From NCBI GenBank assembly GCA_963668695.2, contig CAXXLQ010000004.1, forward strand, positions 1,056,001 to 1,120,000: 64,000 nucleotides of DNA, written 5' to 3'. Of this stretch, positions 41,965 through 57,267 are shown one piece after another. Made by a program: the position numbers and the translations under genes. Positions within the stretch are counted from its first letter, which is position 1. Each line of letters begins with the position of its first letter. Under the pieces are notes generated by a model that searched no databases, was not told the origin of the DNA, and saw only the letters and a program-made list of their open reading frames with translations. This stretch comes from Vicinamibacteria bacterium (lineage in GTDB: Bacteria; Acidobacteriota; Vicinamibacteria; Marinacidobacterales; Marinacidobacteraceae).

Positions 41965-43089
41965 ATGGACTTCACTACTGACCGAGAAGCCCTCCTGGCT
42001 GAACTGAACCTGTTCGCCGGGGTGGTCGAAAACCGGCCGTCAGACCCCCTTTCCATGTTCTCCAACGTGACCTTTCGTCCTTCGGAAAACGGCTGTGAGC
42101 TGACTGCGTCGGGCGGAGAGATCGGTCTCAGGTCCAGCATTGCGGCGGAAACCACCGGTCAGGGGCTCCTTAGTGTGCCGGTGAGTCTGCTCGCCCGTTG
42201 GCTCAAGGAAGGACGCGACGAGAGCGTCTCGTTCCACGAAACGGACCAGAACTGGATCCAGGTCCGATGCGGCGGGAATGACACGCGCATTCCGGGTCGG
42301 GTCGGAGAACCGCCTTCACTCTCGGAGCCGCCGGTGGAACCGCTTTGTTCCCTGCCCCCGGCAACCTTTGCGACGCTGCTACGAGCTGGTTCCTATGCCT
42401 TCCCGGCAGCGGTGGATGCCTCGGTCGCGACTGCCGGGGCGCAGATCGAAGTCGAAGGGGCAAGTGTGCGGATTGTGTCCTCGGACCACTCGCGCCTGGC
42501 CTACTCGAGCGCCACTTTGGGTGAAGTGGATGGGGCTGCTTCCGGGGGCAAGCAGGCATTCGGGCTCAGCATGAAGGCGATTTCCGAATTGCAGCTGCTC
42601 GCGCGAAGCGGCGATGCGAGCATGCGCTTCTTCGACGGGGAAAATCACCTCTTTCTCGAATTCGGAAATCGGCTGCTCGTCTGCGCCAAGCTTGCAGATC
42701 GGCTGCCGGAGTACGAACACGTGATTCCGCGCGATTGCCCGGTCAGAGTCAGGACCAACCGCGCAGGACTGCTGGGCGCGGCCCAGGCCGCGTTGCCGTT
42801 CTCGACCGGAGATTTCAACCGGGCAAAACTCGAGATCGGCGACGAATTCATCCGGATCGACGTGACGTCGGTGCGCGGAGAAGCGATCTCGGAAGTGGAG
42901 ATTCTCGAAGGGTCGGGCACTCCCCTGACCCTCCACCTCAACCTCGTGCATCTACGCGACTTCGCCAAGAGCTTCGACTGCGGGGTGGTCGCTCTGGAGT
43001 TCAACACCCCAGACACTGCGTTCATCCTGCGTCCGGTGGACGAGGACGACGGCATCGAACATTTCTGCGTCGGGATGCCACTCGTTTGA
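41965..43089 (+). CDS. dnaN: DNA polymerase III beta clamp (divergent)
   Basis: 374 aa after dnaA; SSDHSRLA, LPEYEHVIP, C-terminal MPL. Confidence 0.88.
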   Translation: MDFTTDREALLAELNLFAGVVENRPSDPLSMFSNVTFRPSENGCELTASGGEIGLRSSIAAETTGQGLLSVPVSLLARWLKEGRDESVSFHETDQNWIQVRCGGNDTRIPGRVGEPPSLSEPPVEPLCSLPPATFATLLRAGSYAFPAAVDASVATAGAQIEVEGASVRIVSSDHSRLAYSSATLGEVDGAASGGKQAFGLSMKAISELQLLARSGDASMRFFDGENHLFLEFGNRLLVCAKLADRLPEYEHVIPRDCPVRVRTNRAGLLGAAQAALPFSTGDFNRAKLEIGDEFIRIDVTSVRGEAISEVEILEGSGTPLTLHLNLVHLRDFAKSFDCGVVALEFNTPDTAFILRPVDEDDGIEHFCVGMPLV

Positions 43090-43118
43090 TCGGTCCGGCA
43101 CACCCCGAGCGCGGGTAA

Positions 43119-48489
<5,371 letters not shown>

Positions 48490-48493
<4 letters not shown>

Positions 48494-49245
48494 CCAGGGG
48501 ACCGGGCTGCCGCAAGTCTTCGGGCATGCGGTTCGCGGTCTTCGGGTTGGGAGTTTTCGCCGCGGTCGCGGGCTGCTCCTCCGTACCCGAGGAGGCGCTC
48601 CTCGAACAGTTCTTTCGCGCCGTTGCGCAGGAGGACCGGGTGAGTGTCGGCGGTCTTTCGATGGTGTCCTTTCCGGGAGGGCCGATCGAATCCTGGGAAC
48701 TCGTGGAGATCGGGCCCGCAATCGAAGGGCCTTACCGGGTCCCCGAACTCCGCGAAGAGGAGACTGCCGCAGCGGCCGCGCGCGACGAGCAGTTCAAGAT
48801 CTTCTACGACTTTCGTCAGGGAAACCGGGATGCCCTCGAGGAGATTCTCTTGCGCCGGGAACGGAACCCGGACGCCGCCATCGGAGGCCGGCTCGGGGAG
48901 ATTGCCGCCCAATTGGATGCCCACAACGGTGATCGCCGCCGGATGGTCCGTTCGTTGAGCGAAGTGCAGATGGCGCTCGATGAAGAACGCCGGCGCGCCC
49001 AGCGGAGCCTGCTTCGGGAGGCGCCGGTGGATTTCCTCACCGGAAACATCTCCGAGACGGAAGCCCTGGTCCGGACGGTGGAGGAAGGGAAAGAGCGGGA
49101 ATACCGTTTCAGCCTCATCCGCTACAACCTCCAAAATCAGTACGGTGCCGACGTGCTTTCCCGTTGGCTCATCGCCGCTATCGAGGCGCCGCCTGGATCC
49201 GAAGAAATCTCCACAGGAACCGGGGAAGGCGCGGCGTCCCGGTGA
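48490..49245 (+). CDS. Hypothetical lipoprotein
   Basis: Hydrophobic stretch with lipobox VAGC; overlaps both gyrA and pyrE. Confidence 0.65.
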
Positions 49246-49808
49246 GCGGCGACCCCCGCACCTCGCTGCTTTCCATCCTGCGTCGGGAATCCGTGAGGTT
49301 CGGCGATTTCACGCTCGCGAGCGGCGCCAAGTCGAATGTCTACATCGACGCGAGACTCACGGTAATGCGCTCTGATGCCGCGGCGCTGGTCGGCCGGGTG
49401 CTGCTCGACACGATCGACGGCTGCGGCTTTGGGACGGCCGCCGCCGTGGGAGGCATGGCCGCCGGAGCGATCCCGTTGACGACGGCGGTGGTAGCGGAGG
49501 CCGGCGCCACCGGACGGGAACTCGCCGGTTTCTTCGTCCGCAAGGAAGCAAAGGACCACGGACGCGGAAGGCGCATCGAGGGCATCGAACACCCGCAGGG
49601 GGCGGCGGTCATCCTGGAAGACACCGCCACCACCGGCAAGTCCACCCTCGCGGCGGTGGAAGCCGCCCGGAACGCGGGTTTCGAGGTGACGGGAGCCGTT
49701 GCGCTCGTCGATCGCGGGATGGGCGCCGGCGAGCTACTGGCCGAAGCCGGCGTCCCCTACGCGGCGGTGTTCGAGCTCTCAGAGCTGACGGGTACGCCGG
49801 CAGACTGA
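49242..49808 (+). CDS. pyrE: Orotate phosphoribosyltransferase
   Basis: GDFTLASG.KS..Y.D, RKEAKDHG, ILEDTATTG. Confidence 0.93.
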   Translation: MSGDPRTSLLSILRRESVRFGDFTLASGAKSNVYIDARLTVMRSDAAALVGRVLLDTIDGCGFGTAAAVGGMAAGAIPLTTAVVAEAGATGRELAGFFVRKEAKDHGRGRRIEGIEHPQGAAVILEDTATTGKSTLAAVEAARNAGFEVTGAVALVDRGMGAGELLAEAGVPYAAVFELSELTGTPAD

Positions 49809-49864
49809 CCCCGCGGCGCTCTGCGCGAGCGGGTGTTCTGCCGCCGCGAGGGTGCTGGCGGTCG

Positions 49865-52015
49865 CTAGACCCTTTCGAGCTTCGCGTATTCCAGCACCAG
49901 CCGTCGCCGCCCGTGGTACTTGAAGAGGACGGAGAGGCGTTTGCCGTCGGGATCCACCGTTTCGACTCGCCCGACTCCGAATTTGGGATGGCGCACCGTC
50001 TCCCCTTTTCGAAAGCGCCCGGTGGAGGGGGCCGCCGCGATGGGAATGGTCCGGGCGTCCGCCCGGGGCGTCTCGAGCATTTCCCGGGGGATCTCGCCGA
50101 TAAAGCGGGACACGCGGCCCCGCGAGCGCAAGTAGGGGGCGCCCCCCGGGGCCGCCGAGAGCTGCAGGCGCTTTCGCGCCCTCGTCATCCCGACGTAGAA
50201 GAGCCGTCTTTCTTCTTCCAGCTGGAGGTCCGATTCCAGTGAGAACATGTGGGGAAACAGCCCCTCCCAGAGGCCGGCCAGGAAGACGGAATCGAATTCG
50301 AGCCCCTTGGCGGCGTGGACCGTCATCACCGTCACTGGCGGAGCGCTGCGTTCCCCCGCCTCGTCGGGAACAAGATCTTCAGCCGATAGCAAACTCACCT
50401 GGTCCAAAAAGGCATCCATCGTCCCGTCCGGGTTCGAGCGTTCGAATTCCCGGGCGGCGCTCTGCAGGGACACCAGGTTCTCGAAACGCTCCCGGTCGTT
50501 TTCCTGGAAGAAAGGTCCGAGACCGGTGTCCGCCATCGCTGATCGGACCGCCGCTTCGGAACCCTGCGGGATCGCGCGCCGAACCGCCGCGATGCCCGTG
50601 ACGAAGGCGTGAAGGCCACTCAGGGCCCGGCCGGGGAGACCGCCCTCTGCGACGGTTCGCTCCGCCGCCGCAAAGAGGGGCGTTTCGTTCGCGGCCGCAC
50701 GCTCCTCGATCTGCCGAAGCGACTTCGGTCCCACGCCGCGCGGAATCGCCGTCACGGCTCGCCGAAAAGCGGAATCGTCGTCGGGGTTCGCGGCCACCCG
50801 GATGCAGGCGAGCGCGTCCAGCACCTCGCGACGCTCGTAGAAGCGGAGTCCGCCGACGATCAGGTGGGGAATCCGGTGGGCGGTGAACGCCTCCTCAAAG
50901 GGCCGGGTCTGGGCGCGGGTTCGGAGGAGCACCGCGGTCGAGCCCCGTCCCTCTCCCTGTCCCGCGATCTCGGTGGCAATGTGCTGCGCTTCGGTCGTTT
51001 CGCCCGGGAAGGAACGGAACGTGGCCCGCTTGCCCTGCTCCCCGAGCGGACGAAGCGTCTTGCCGTCCCGCCTGCGGTTGCAGCGGATTACCGCATTGGC
51101 GGCATCCACGATGGCGGCGGTGGAGCGGTAGTTCTCCTCCAGGCGGAGGACGCGCGCTCCCGGGAAGTCGTCCCGGAAGCGGAGGATGTTCCGGAAGTCG
51201 GCGCCGCGGAACGAATAGATCGCCTGGTCATCGTCCCCGACCGCGAAGACGTCTCGATGGGGGGCGAGCTTCAGGACCAGCCGGTGCTGGGTAGGACTCG
51301 TGTCCTGGTACTCGTCAATGAGCAAGTGGCACACCCGCCGGGCGACAAAGGATCGGGCTGCCTCTGACCTGTCCAGGAGTTCCAGGGTGCGAATCAACAG
51401 GTCGTCGAAATCCACCCCCTTCAGCTCGGAGAGCTTTCGCCGGTAAACGGCCGTCGCTTCCCGGACGGTGTCGCCCAGTCGGGGATCCCGCGGTCCACGA
51501 AACGCGACGCCGGCCGCTTCCGCGTTCCGGAACCGGGACACCAACTGGATGAGCCTGCCGAGCGGGAGCCGGGCATCGTCGATCTGGAGTTCTCGCACGA
51601 CCTGCCGGACGAGCGCGCGGCTCTCGTCGGCCCCGAACACCGGGAAGCCGGCGGCCAGACCGATGTCCCGGCCGAAGCGGCGCAGCAGGTTCAGGCCGAG
51701 CGCGTGAAAGGTGGAGACCCACGGCAGGCCTCCGCTTTCGCGCACTTCGGAACAAAGCGTCTCCACCCGCGTTCGCATTTCGCGCGCAGCCTTGTTCGTG
51801 AAGGTGACGGCGAGGATGGATTCCGCCGGCGCTCCGTCCACCAGCATGCGCCACCCGATCCGGTGGGTGATCACCCGGGTCTTGCCGGATCCGGCGCCGG
51901 CGAGCACCAGCGTGGGTCCGGGCGGCGCCGACACCGCCTGGCGCTGGGCGGCGTTGAGGCCGTCCAGTACCGCGTGTCCGGATTGCTCTTCAGCGAGCGG
52001 CGGGTCAGTCGTCAT
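49865..52015 (-). CDS. pcrA: UvrD/PcrA helicase
   Basis: AGAGSGKT, DEYQD, ENYRS, TVHAAKGLEF, C-terminal HPKFG. Confidence 0.92.
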   Translation of the reverse strand: MTTDPPLAEEQSGHAVLDGLNAAQRQAVSAPPGPTLVLAGAGSGKTRVITHRIGWRMLVDGAPAESILAVTFTNKAAREMRTRVETLCSEVRESGGLPWVSTFHALGLNLLRRFGRDIGLAAGFPVFGADESRALVRQVVRELQIDDARLPLGRLIQLVSRFRNAEAAGVAFRGPRDPRLGDTVREATAVYRRKLSELKGVDFDDLLIRTLELLDRSEAARSFVARRVCHLLIDEYQDTSPTQHRLVLKLAPHRDVFAVGDDDQAIYSFRGADFRNILRFRDDFPGARVLRLEENYRSTAAIVDAANAVIRCNRRRDGKTLRPLGEQGKRATFRSFPGETTEAQHIATEIAGQGEGRGSTAVLLRTRAQTRPFEEAFTAHRIPHLIVGGLRFYERREVLDALACIRVAANPDDDSAFRRAVTAIPRGVGPKSLRQIEERAAANETPLFAAAERTVAEGGLPGRALSGLHAFVTGIAAVRRAIPQGSEAAVRSAMADTGLGPFFQENDRERFENLVSLQSAAREFERSNPDGTMDAFLDQVSLLSAEDLVPDEAGERSAPPVTVMTVHAAKGLEFDSVFLAGLWEGLFPHMFSLESDLQLEEERRLFYVGMTRARKRLQLSAAPGGAPYLRSRGRVSRFIGEIPREMLETPRADARTIPIAAAPSTGRFRKGETVRHPKFGVGRVETVDPDGKRLSVLFKYHGRRRLVLEYAKLERV

Positions 52016-53126
52016 GGACCGTCTTCTGGAGTCCCGCGGGGGCGTCCACGTCGCGGCCGAGTTGCCGGCCGGCGAACAGCGCGAGCAATTGCAGGATGGG
52101 TGCCGCCGAGAAAGGGCGAAGCGATGGATCCCCCGCGGTGCGGATCGTGCGGCCGGCGTCCGAACCCGGTGCTTTGCCGGCGGCGCCGGCAGAAGCCAGC
52201 CGAAGCAGCGGCGCACCCGCATCCGACAGGGCGCGCAGCGACCGAACCTCTCCCGGCGAAGCGTGTCCCGCACCGGAGAGCATTACCACCGGCGTCTTCC
52301 GGTTGATGAGCGCGAAGGGGCCGTGGGCGAGTTCTTCCGTGCGCACTGCAATTGCGGGAACCACGGCCGTCTCTATCATCTTGAGAGCCCCCTCGGACGC
52401 CAGGGGCAGGAAGAGTCCGCTGCCCAGGAAGAACCAGGTTCGATCCGCTTGCACCGCACCGATGAAATCGTCAATGGCTGGCCCCTGCGCGATGGCCTCC
52501 CGAAGGAGGTCCGGAATTCGGTGCAGCTCCCGCATTCCCGCGGCCGCTGCTCCCGGGCACCCGGCAGCGGCCCCGGCAGCGCCGCATGCCGCGGCCCATT
52601 CGATTCCGAACATCCGGAGCGCGATGAGCGCGGAGGTGAAGGTCTTGGTGGCGGGGATTGCGCCCTCCGGCCCGGCCCGGGTGACGTAAGCGAGGTCCGC
52701 CCGCCGGACCGCTTCGCTCCCCGCTTCGTTCGTCACCACCACCCGGAAGATGTCTTCGTCCCGTGCCTGGTCGAGAAGACGGAGGACACTGCCCGTGGCG
52801 CCGGACTGGGTCACGGCCACCAGGACGCCGTCGCAGGCGTGCGCTCGGAGAGGCCCGTGAATCTCGCCCGCGGCCGAGACCGAGGCCGAAAGGCCCGCTT
52901 CCTGGAACCAGCCGGCCGCAATCTCGGCGGCGTGGCGACTGGTCCCGGAGCCGGCCAGCAGAATCTTCTCTCCGTGCAGCGCGGGCCGGCCTCGGAGACC
53001 GGCAACCCGCTCCGGAGCCTCAGCCTCCAGCGCGGCCAGGGTCGCCTCGGCTGCTTCCGGCTGTTGGTGGATCTCGAGCCAGAGCGCCGGTAGCGCGCGA
53101 CCGTCTGATGACGTGGAGATACTCAG
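52005..53126 (-). CDS. SIS-domain protein (GlmS isomerase half only)
   Basis: EIHQQP, GSGTS, TQSG.T, AGPE..IPATKTF, EGALK..E, HGP, L.KTV; no ATG/GTG/TTG start, CTG at 53126 assumed. Confidence 0.75.
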   Translation of the reverse strand: MSISTSSDGRALPALWLEIHQQPEAAEATLAALEAEAPERVAGLRGRPALHGEKILLAGSGTSRHAAEIAAGWFQEAGLSASVSAAGEIHGPLRAHACDGVLVAVTQSGATGSVLRLLDQARDEDIFRVVVTNEAGSEAVRRADLAYVTRAGPEGAIPATKTFTSALIALRMFGIEWAAACGAAGAAAGCPGAAAAGMRELHRIPDLLREAIAQGPAIDDFIGAVQADRTWFFLGSGLFLPLASEGALKMIETAVVPAIAVRTEELAHGPFALINRKTPVVMLSGAGHASPGEVRSLRALSDAGAPLLRLASAGAAGKAPGSDAGRTIRTAGDPSLRPFSAAPILQLLALFAGRQLGRDVDAPAGLQKTVHDD

Positions 53127-54376
53127 ACCTCGTCGGCGCCTTCGAAGCGGCCTTCCGCCCGACCCATCTTCACCGCCTGACGGCCTCTCGCGATGGCGAG
53201 CGCACCTTCCGGGACATCCTCGACGATTACTGAGCCCGCGGCGACGAAGGCCCGGCGACCGATGGTGACCGGGGCCACCAGGATGGTGTTGCTCCCGACG
53301 AACGCCCCCGGTTCTACCACGGTCCGGTGTTTCCCGCGGCCGTCGTAGTTGCAGGTGACGGTTCCGGCGCCGAGGTTGGCGCGAACGCCGATGTCCGCGT
53401 CGCCGACGTAGGACAGATGGGGGAGCGCCGCCCGGCGCGCCAGAACGGCGTTCTTGGTCTCCACGAAGCTGCCGGCGAACGATTCCGGCTCGAGCCGCGT
53501 GTTCGTGCGGATGTGAGCGAAGGGGCCCACTTTCGCTTCGCGTCCGATGGAGCTGCCGAGAAGGACCGAGTGGCTGAGGATCCGCGCCCCGGGCCCGATC
53601 TCGGTGTTCTCCAGCCGGCAGAAACTGCCCACCTCGGCGCCAGCGGCGATGGAGGTGGTGCCAGCCAGCCGCACCGATGCGCCGATTCGGGCCCCCGGCT
53701 CGGCGCGGCAGGAGGGATCCGCCCAGAGCGTGTCCGGATCCTCGACCAGCACCCCGCTCGCAAGGAAGCGCCGGGCGGTGAGGCGCTGGGACTCGCGGAT
53801 CGCCGCCGACCAGGTCGCGGCGTCCTGGATTCGGGTGTGCCCCGCCACCGCGGCCCCCACCGAACTCACGGGACCGAGGACCTCGAGGCTTTCCCGGAAA
53901 CCCGGGCGGACAGCAGGTGCGAGGGCGCCAGCGGTTCCCGCAACGGCCAGGATCTGACCGTCCGCGTTCTCGAGCCGCAGCGGAGCCGGTCCCGCCGCGT
54001 CCACCAGGCTGGCGAGTTCCAGCCCCGGGTTGGACACGGCGCCGGGCGCGAGGAGGACGCACCGCTTTCCCCGTCCCGCCGCCTGGAGAAGCGTCACCGC
54101 TTCCCCGGGGGTGACTCGGCGGGCGCCCGGCGCCTCAAGCGCGGAGGTGTCTCCACCGGGATCCGCCAGAACCAGCAATTCTCCCGCGTCCAGGGCGGCT
54201 GCCGCGCCGGCCGCCGCTTCGGCGACGGTGCTGCCGAAGAACGGATAGCGTCCGATCTCGGGAGTCGGGGAATAAACGAGCAGGAAGTCCATGGTCGAGA
54301 GAACTCGGCGCCCGGAGCCTCGGGCACCCCTCGGAGAAGCGGGCGGGTTAGCAGCGCCCGCCGTCAGCATCCCCAT
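53123..54376 (-). CDS. glmU: GlmU-like protein: intact hexapeptide acetyltransferase, degenerate N-terminal domain
   Basis: VGPFAHIR, GSFVETKN, HLSYVGDA, NLGAGTVTCNYDG..KH. Confidence 0.75.
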   Translation of the reverse strand: MGMLTAGAANPPASPRGARGSGRRVLSTMDFLLVYSPTPEIGRYPFFGSTVAEAAAGAAAALDAGELLVLADPGGDTSALEAPGARRVTPGEAVTLLQAAGRGKRCVLLAPGAVSNPGLELASLVDAAGPAPLRLENADGQILAVAGTAGALAPAVRPGFRESLEVLGPVSSVGAAVAGHTRIQDAATWSAAIRESQRLTARRFLASGVLVEDPDTLWADPSCRAEPGARIGASVRLAGTTSIAAGAEVGSFCRLENTEIGPGARILSHSVLLGSSIGREAKVGPFAHIRTNTRLEPESFAGSFVETKNAVLARRAALPHLSYVGDADIGVRANLGAGTVTCNYDGRGKHRTVVEPGAFVGSNTILVAPVTIGRRAFVAAGSVIVEDVPEGALAIARGRQAVKMGRAEGRFEGADEV

Positions 54377-54391
54377 CCCCCGGCCCGAATT

Positions 54392-55114
54392 CTACGTGGC
54401 CCCTTGCTTCTTCCGGCCTTCGGGCGCAACCACGAGGGTCATTTCGCCGCGCGGCGGTTCGCTCAGCAGCCGCCGGGCGAGCTCGGGCAGGGTGCCGAAC
54501 CGGTGTTCTTCGTAGATCTTGGTCATTTCCCGGGACACGGATGCCTCGCGGGGCCCGAGGAGGCCCGCGAGCTCTTCAAGGAGCTCCGCGGCGCGACGCG
54601 CCGATTCGAAGAAGACCAGGGACCCCGGGGCTTCCGCCGCACGCTCCAGGAACGCCCGGCGTTTCGCCCCGCGGCGTCCCGGCGGGAAACCGAAGAACGT
54701 GAAGGTGTCCGTCGGCAGGCCGGCGACGGAGAGGGCCGCGGCCACCGCCGACGGACCCGGCACCGTGCGAACCGGCAGATCTTCGGTCCGTGCCGCACGG
54801 ACCACGCGGTAGCCCGGATCCGAGATCAGGGGGGTTCCGGCATCACAGATCAGCGCCAGATCTTCGCCCGCGCGCAGCCGGTCGAGGAGGAATTCGACCT
54901 GCCGCGCTTCGTTGTGGTCGTGGCAGGAGACGAGGCGTGCGGTGAGGCCGAACCGGGTGCGGAGCCGCCGGGCGACGCGGGTGTCCTCGCAGGCAATCCA
55001 GGGAACGTCTCGCAGGACGGCAAGGGCTCGCGGCGACAGGTCGTCGAGGTTTCCGATGGGGGTCGCAACGACAAAGAGCGTGCCCCGGGTCCCCTCACCG
55101 GATCCGGTGTCCAT
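54392..55114 (-). CDS. rsmI: 16S rRNA C1402 2'-O-methyltransferase
   Basis: VATPIGNLDD, CEDTR, DAGTPLISDPG, REMTKIYEE. Confidence 0.94.
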   Translation of the reverse strand: MDTGSGEGTRGTLFVVATPIGNLDDLSPRALAVLRDVPWIACEDTRVARRLRTRFGLTARLVSCHDHNEARQVEFLLDRLRAGEDLALICDAGTPLISDPGYRVVRAARTEDLPVRTVPGPSAVAAALSVAGLPTDTFTFFGFPPGRRGAKRRAFLERAAEAPGSLVFFESARRAAELLEELAGLLGPREASVSREMTKIYEEHRFGTLPELARRLLSEPPRGEMTLVVAPEGRKKQGAT

Positions 55115-55197
55115 TCCGCGAACCGTAACCCGCTCGCCGGTCTTCCAAGGCAACGGGTACGGCGCAGGGTGTCCGTTTTGCCCGACAATGGTGCTCC

Positions 55198-56151
55198 ATG
55201 GACGACCGCACCGCGTGGACCGGGCGCCGGGTCCTCGTCACCGGCGCGGCCGGCTTCATCGGCAGCCGCCTCGCAACGCGCTTGTCCTCCACAGGCGCTC
55301 GGGTGACGGGTTTCGATCGGGTCCGCCACGATTTCCGCACCACGAACATCCGGTTCCGGCAAGGGGACCTCGGCGACCGGGAGGCACTCGGCGATGCGGT
55401 CGCCGAGGCCGAAGTGATCTTCCACCTCGCGGCGGCGGGCGGTCACCTGCGGAGCATGGATGAGCCGCGGGTGGACTTCGAAGACAACGTCATGGGGACC
55501 GTTTCGCTGCTGGCCGCGGTAGCGGAGCGGGCGCCCCGAGCGAGAGTGGTCTTCGCGAGTACGCGCCAGCTCTACGGCCCGGTCGAACGTTTGCCGGCGG
55601 GCGAGGACCAGCGGATTGCGCCGCCGGATGTTCATTCGGTCCACAAGGAGACCGCCGAGCATCTGGTCCGCCGTAGCGCCGCGGCGAGGGGCATCCGTTT
55701 CTCGATTCTCCGGCTGACGAACACCTACGGCCCCGGGCAACCGGCCGCCGGACCGTCGGCGGGACTGGCCGGCCGCTTCTTCGGAGACGCTCTGGCCGGG
55801 CGGGAAATCACCATTTTGGGAGATCCCGGGCTGCTGCGGGACTTCAACCACGTGGACGACGTGGTGGACGCTTGCCTGCGGGCCGGTTCTCCGGAAGCCC
55901 CTGCGGGGATCTGGAATCTGGGGTCCCTTCCGGTCCGTCTCGGGGAGTTTGCGGATGCGATCTTTCGCGCCCTCGGCGAAGAGCCGCGCGTGCGCGCCGC
56001 GCCGCTTCCCCCTGGCTTCGAGGCCATCGCGATCGGCGATTTCTATTCGGATTGGTCGGCGATCCGCCGCGACCTCGGCTGGGCGCCGCTGCGTCCGCTC
56101 GCCGGCGGGCTGGCCGAAACGGTGCGGGCCATGCGTGCCGCGACGTCATGA
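55198..56151 (+). CDS. NAD-dependent epimerase/dehydratase
   Basis: TGAAGFIG, ASTRQLYG, TNTYGP, RDFNHVDD. Confidence 0.88.
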   Translation: MDDRTAWTGRRVLVTGAAGFIGSRLATRLSSTGARVTGFDRVRHDFRTTNIRFRQGDLGDREALGDAVAEAEVIFHLAAAGGHLRSMDEPRVDFEDNVMGTVSLLAAVAERAPRARVVFASTRQLYGPVERLPAGEDQRIAPPDVHSVHKETAEHLVRRSAAARGIRFSILRLTNTYGPGQPAAGPSAGLAGRFFGDALAGREITILGDPGLLRDFNHVDDVVDACLRAGSPEAPAGIWNLGSLPVRLGEFADAIFRALGEEPRVRAAPLPPGFEAIAIGDFYSDWSAIRRDLGWAPLRPLAGGLAETVRAMRAATS

Positions 56152-57263
56152 AGGTTCCGTTTCAGCGCCTCGCGGCCGCTGGTGACCCCGGCATTCGGGA
56201 GGCCGTCGACCGGGTGCTCGCTTCCGGCCAGTTCGTCTTGGGCCCGGAGGTGGAAGCGTTCGAGCGGGCTTTCGCGCAGGCGATCGGCGTCGAGCGCGCG
56301 GTCGGGGTGGCGTCCGGCACGGACGCCATCACCATCGCGCTCGCGGCCGCCGGGATCGGGCCCGGCGACCGGGTTCTGACCACTGCGTTTTCCACCGGTT
56401 ACACGGCGCTCGGCATCCAGCACGCCGGGGCGATTCCGGTCTTCGCCGATGTCGAGCCGGGGAGCCTGTGCCTCGATGCGGAGGCCGTCGCCAGGACGCT
56501 CGAGACCCGGGACATCCGCGCGATCGTTCCGGTGCACCTCTTCGGGGGCGCCGGCGCCGGCTGGCGGAAGCTGGTCGACACCGCCGCCCGGCACGATGTT
56601 CCGATCATCGAAGACGCCTGCCAGGCTCACGGGGCACGCTTTGAGGGACAGGCTCTCGGGTCCTTCGGGCGGGCCGCGGCCTTCAGCTTCTACCCCACGA
56701 AGAACCTGGCGGCGCTCGGCGACGCCGGCCTGGTGGCGACTTGCGACGAACGCCTCGCGGCGCGCGCCAGGAGCCTGCGTTCGGGTGGGCAGCAAGCGCG
56801 CCACCATCACGCCGCGCCCGGCTGGAACAGCCGGCTCGACGAGATCCAGGCGGCGGTGCTCACCGAGCGCCTCCCCGGGCTGCTTGCCGGAAATCGCAAG
56901 CGGGCGGCCCTGGTTCTCAGGTACCGGGAGTTGCTCGCCGGGCTGCCCCTTCGGTTCGTGACCCCCGGCCCCGGCGTGGAAGGAGCCGCGCATCTGTTCG
57001 TGATCCGCACCGCGCGGCGGGATGCGCTTCGCCGGCGCCTCGCCGCTGCCGGGATTGACGCTCTCGTTCACTATCCGGCGGCGCTGACGGAACAGGCCGC
57101 CTTCTGGGGCGCCTCGGAAGCGGGGGACGAATGCCCCGAGGCGCGGGCGGCGGCCCGGGAAGTGCTGAGCCTCCCCCTCCATTCCGGCCTCTCGGACGAG
57201 GAACTGAGGCACGTCGCTGGCGCCGTCCGCTCCTTTTACGGCGACGGCGAGGTGTCAGAATAG
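56148..57263 (+). CDS. DegT/DnrJ/EryC1/StrS aminotransferase
   Basis: SGTDA, EDACQAHG, FSFYPTKNL, NSRLDEIQA. Confidence 0.92.
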   Translation: MKVPFQRLAAAGDPGIREAVDRVLASGQFVLGPEVEAFERAFAQAIGVERAVGVASGTDAITIALAAAGIGPGDRVLTTAFSTGYTALGIQHAGAIPVFADVEPGSLCLDAEAVARTLETRDIRAIVPVHLFGGAGAGWRKLVDTAARHDVPIIEDACQAHGARFEGQALGSFGRAAAFSFYPTKNLAALGDAGLVATCDERLAARARSLRSGGQQARHHHAAPGWNSRLDEIQAAVLTERLPGLLAGNRKRAALVLRYRELLAGLPLRFVTPGPGVEGAAHLFVIRTARRDALRRRLAAAGIDALVHYPAALTEQAAFWGASEAGDECPEARAAAREVLSLPLHSGLSDEELRHVAGAVRSFYGDGEVSE

Positions 57264-57267
57264 GCCG

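Noticed and set aside
53327-55306. 659-aa plus-strand ORF and the Arg-rich upstream part of ORF 52005-54062
   Set aside because: They overlap glmU and rsmI in other frames and have non-protein-like composition
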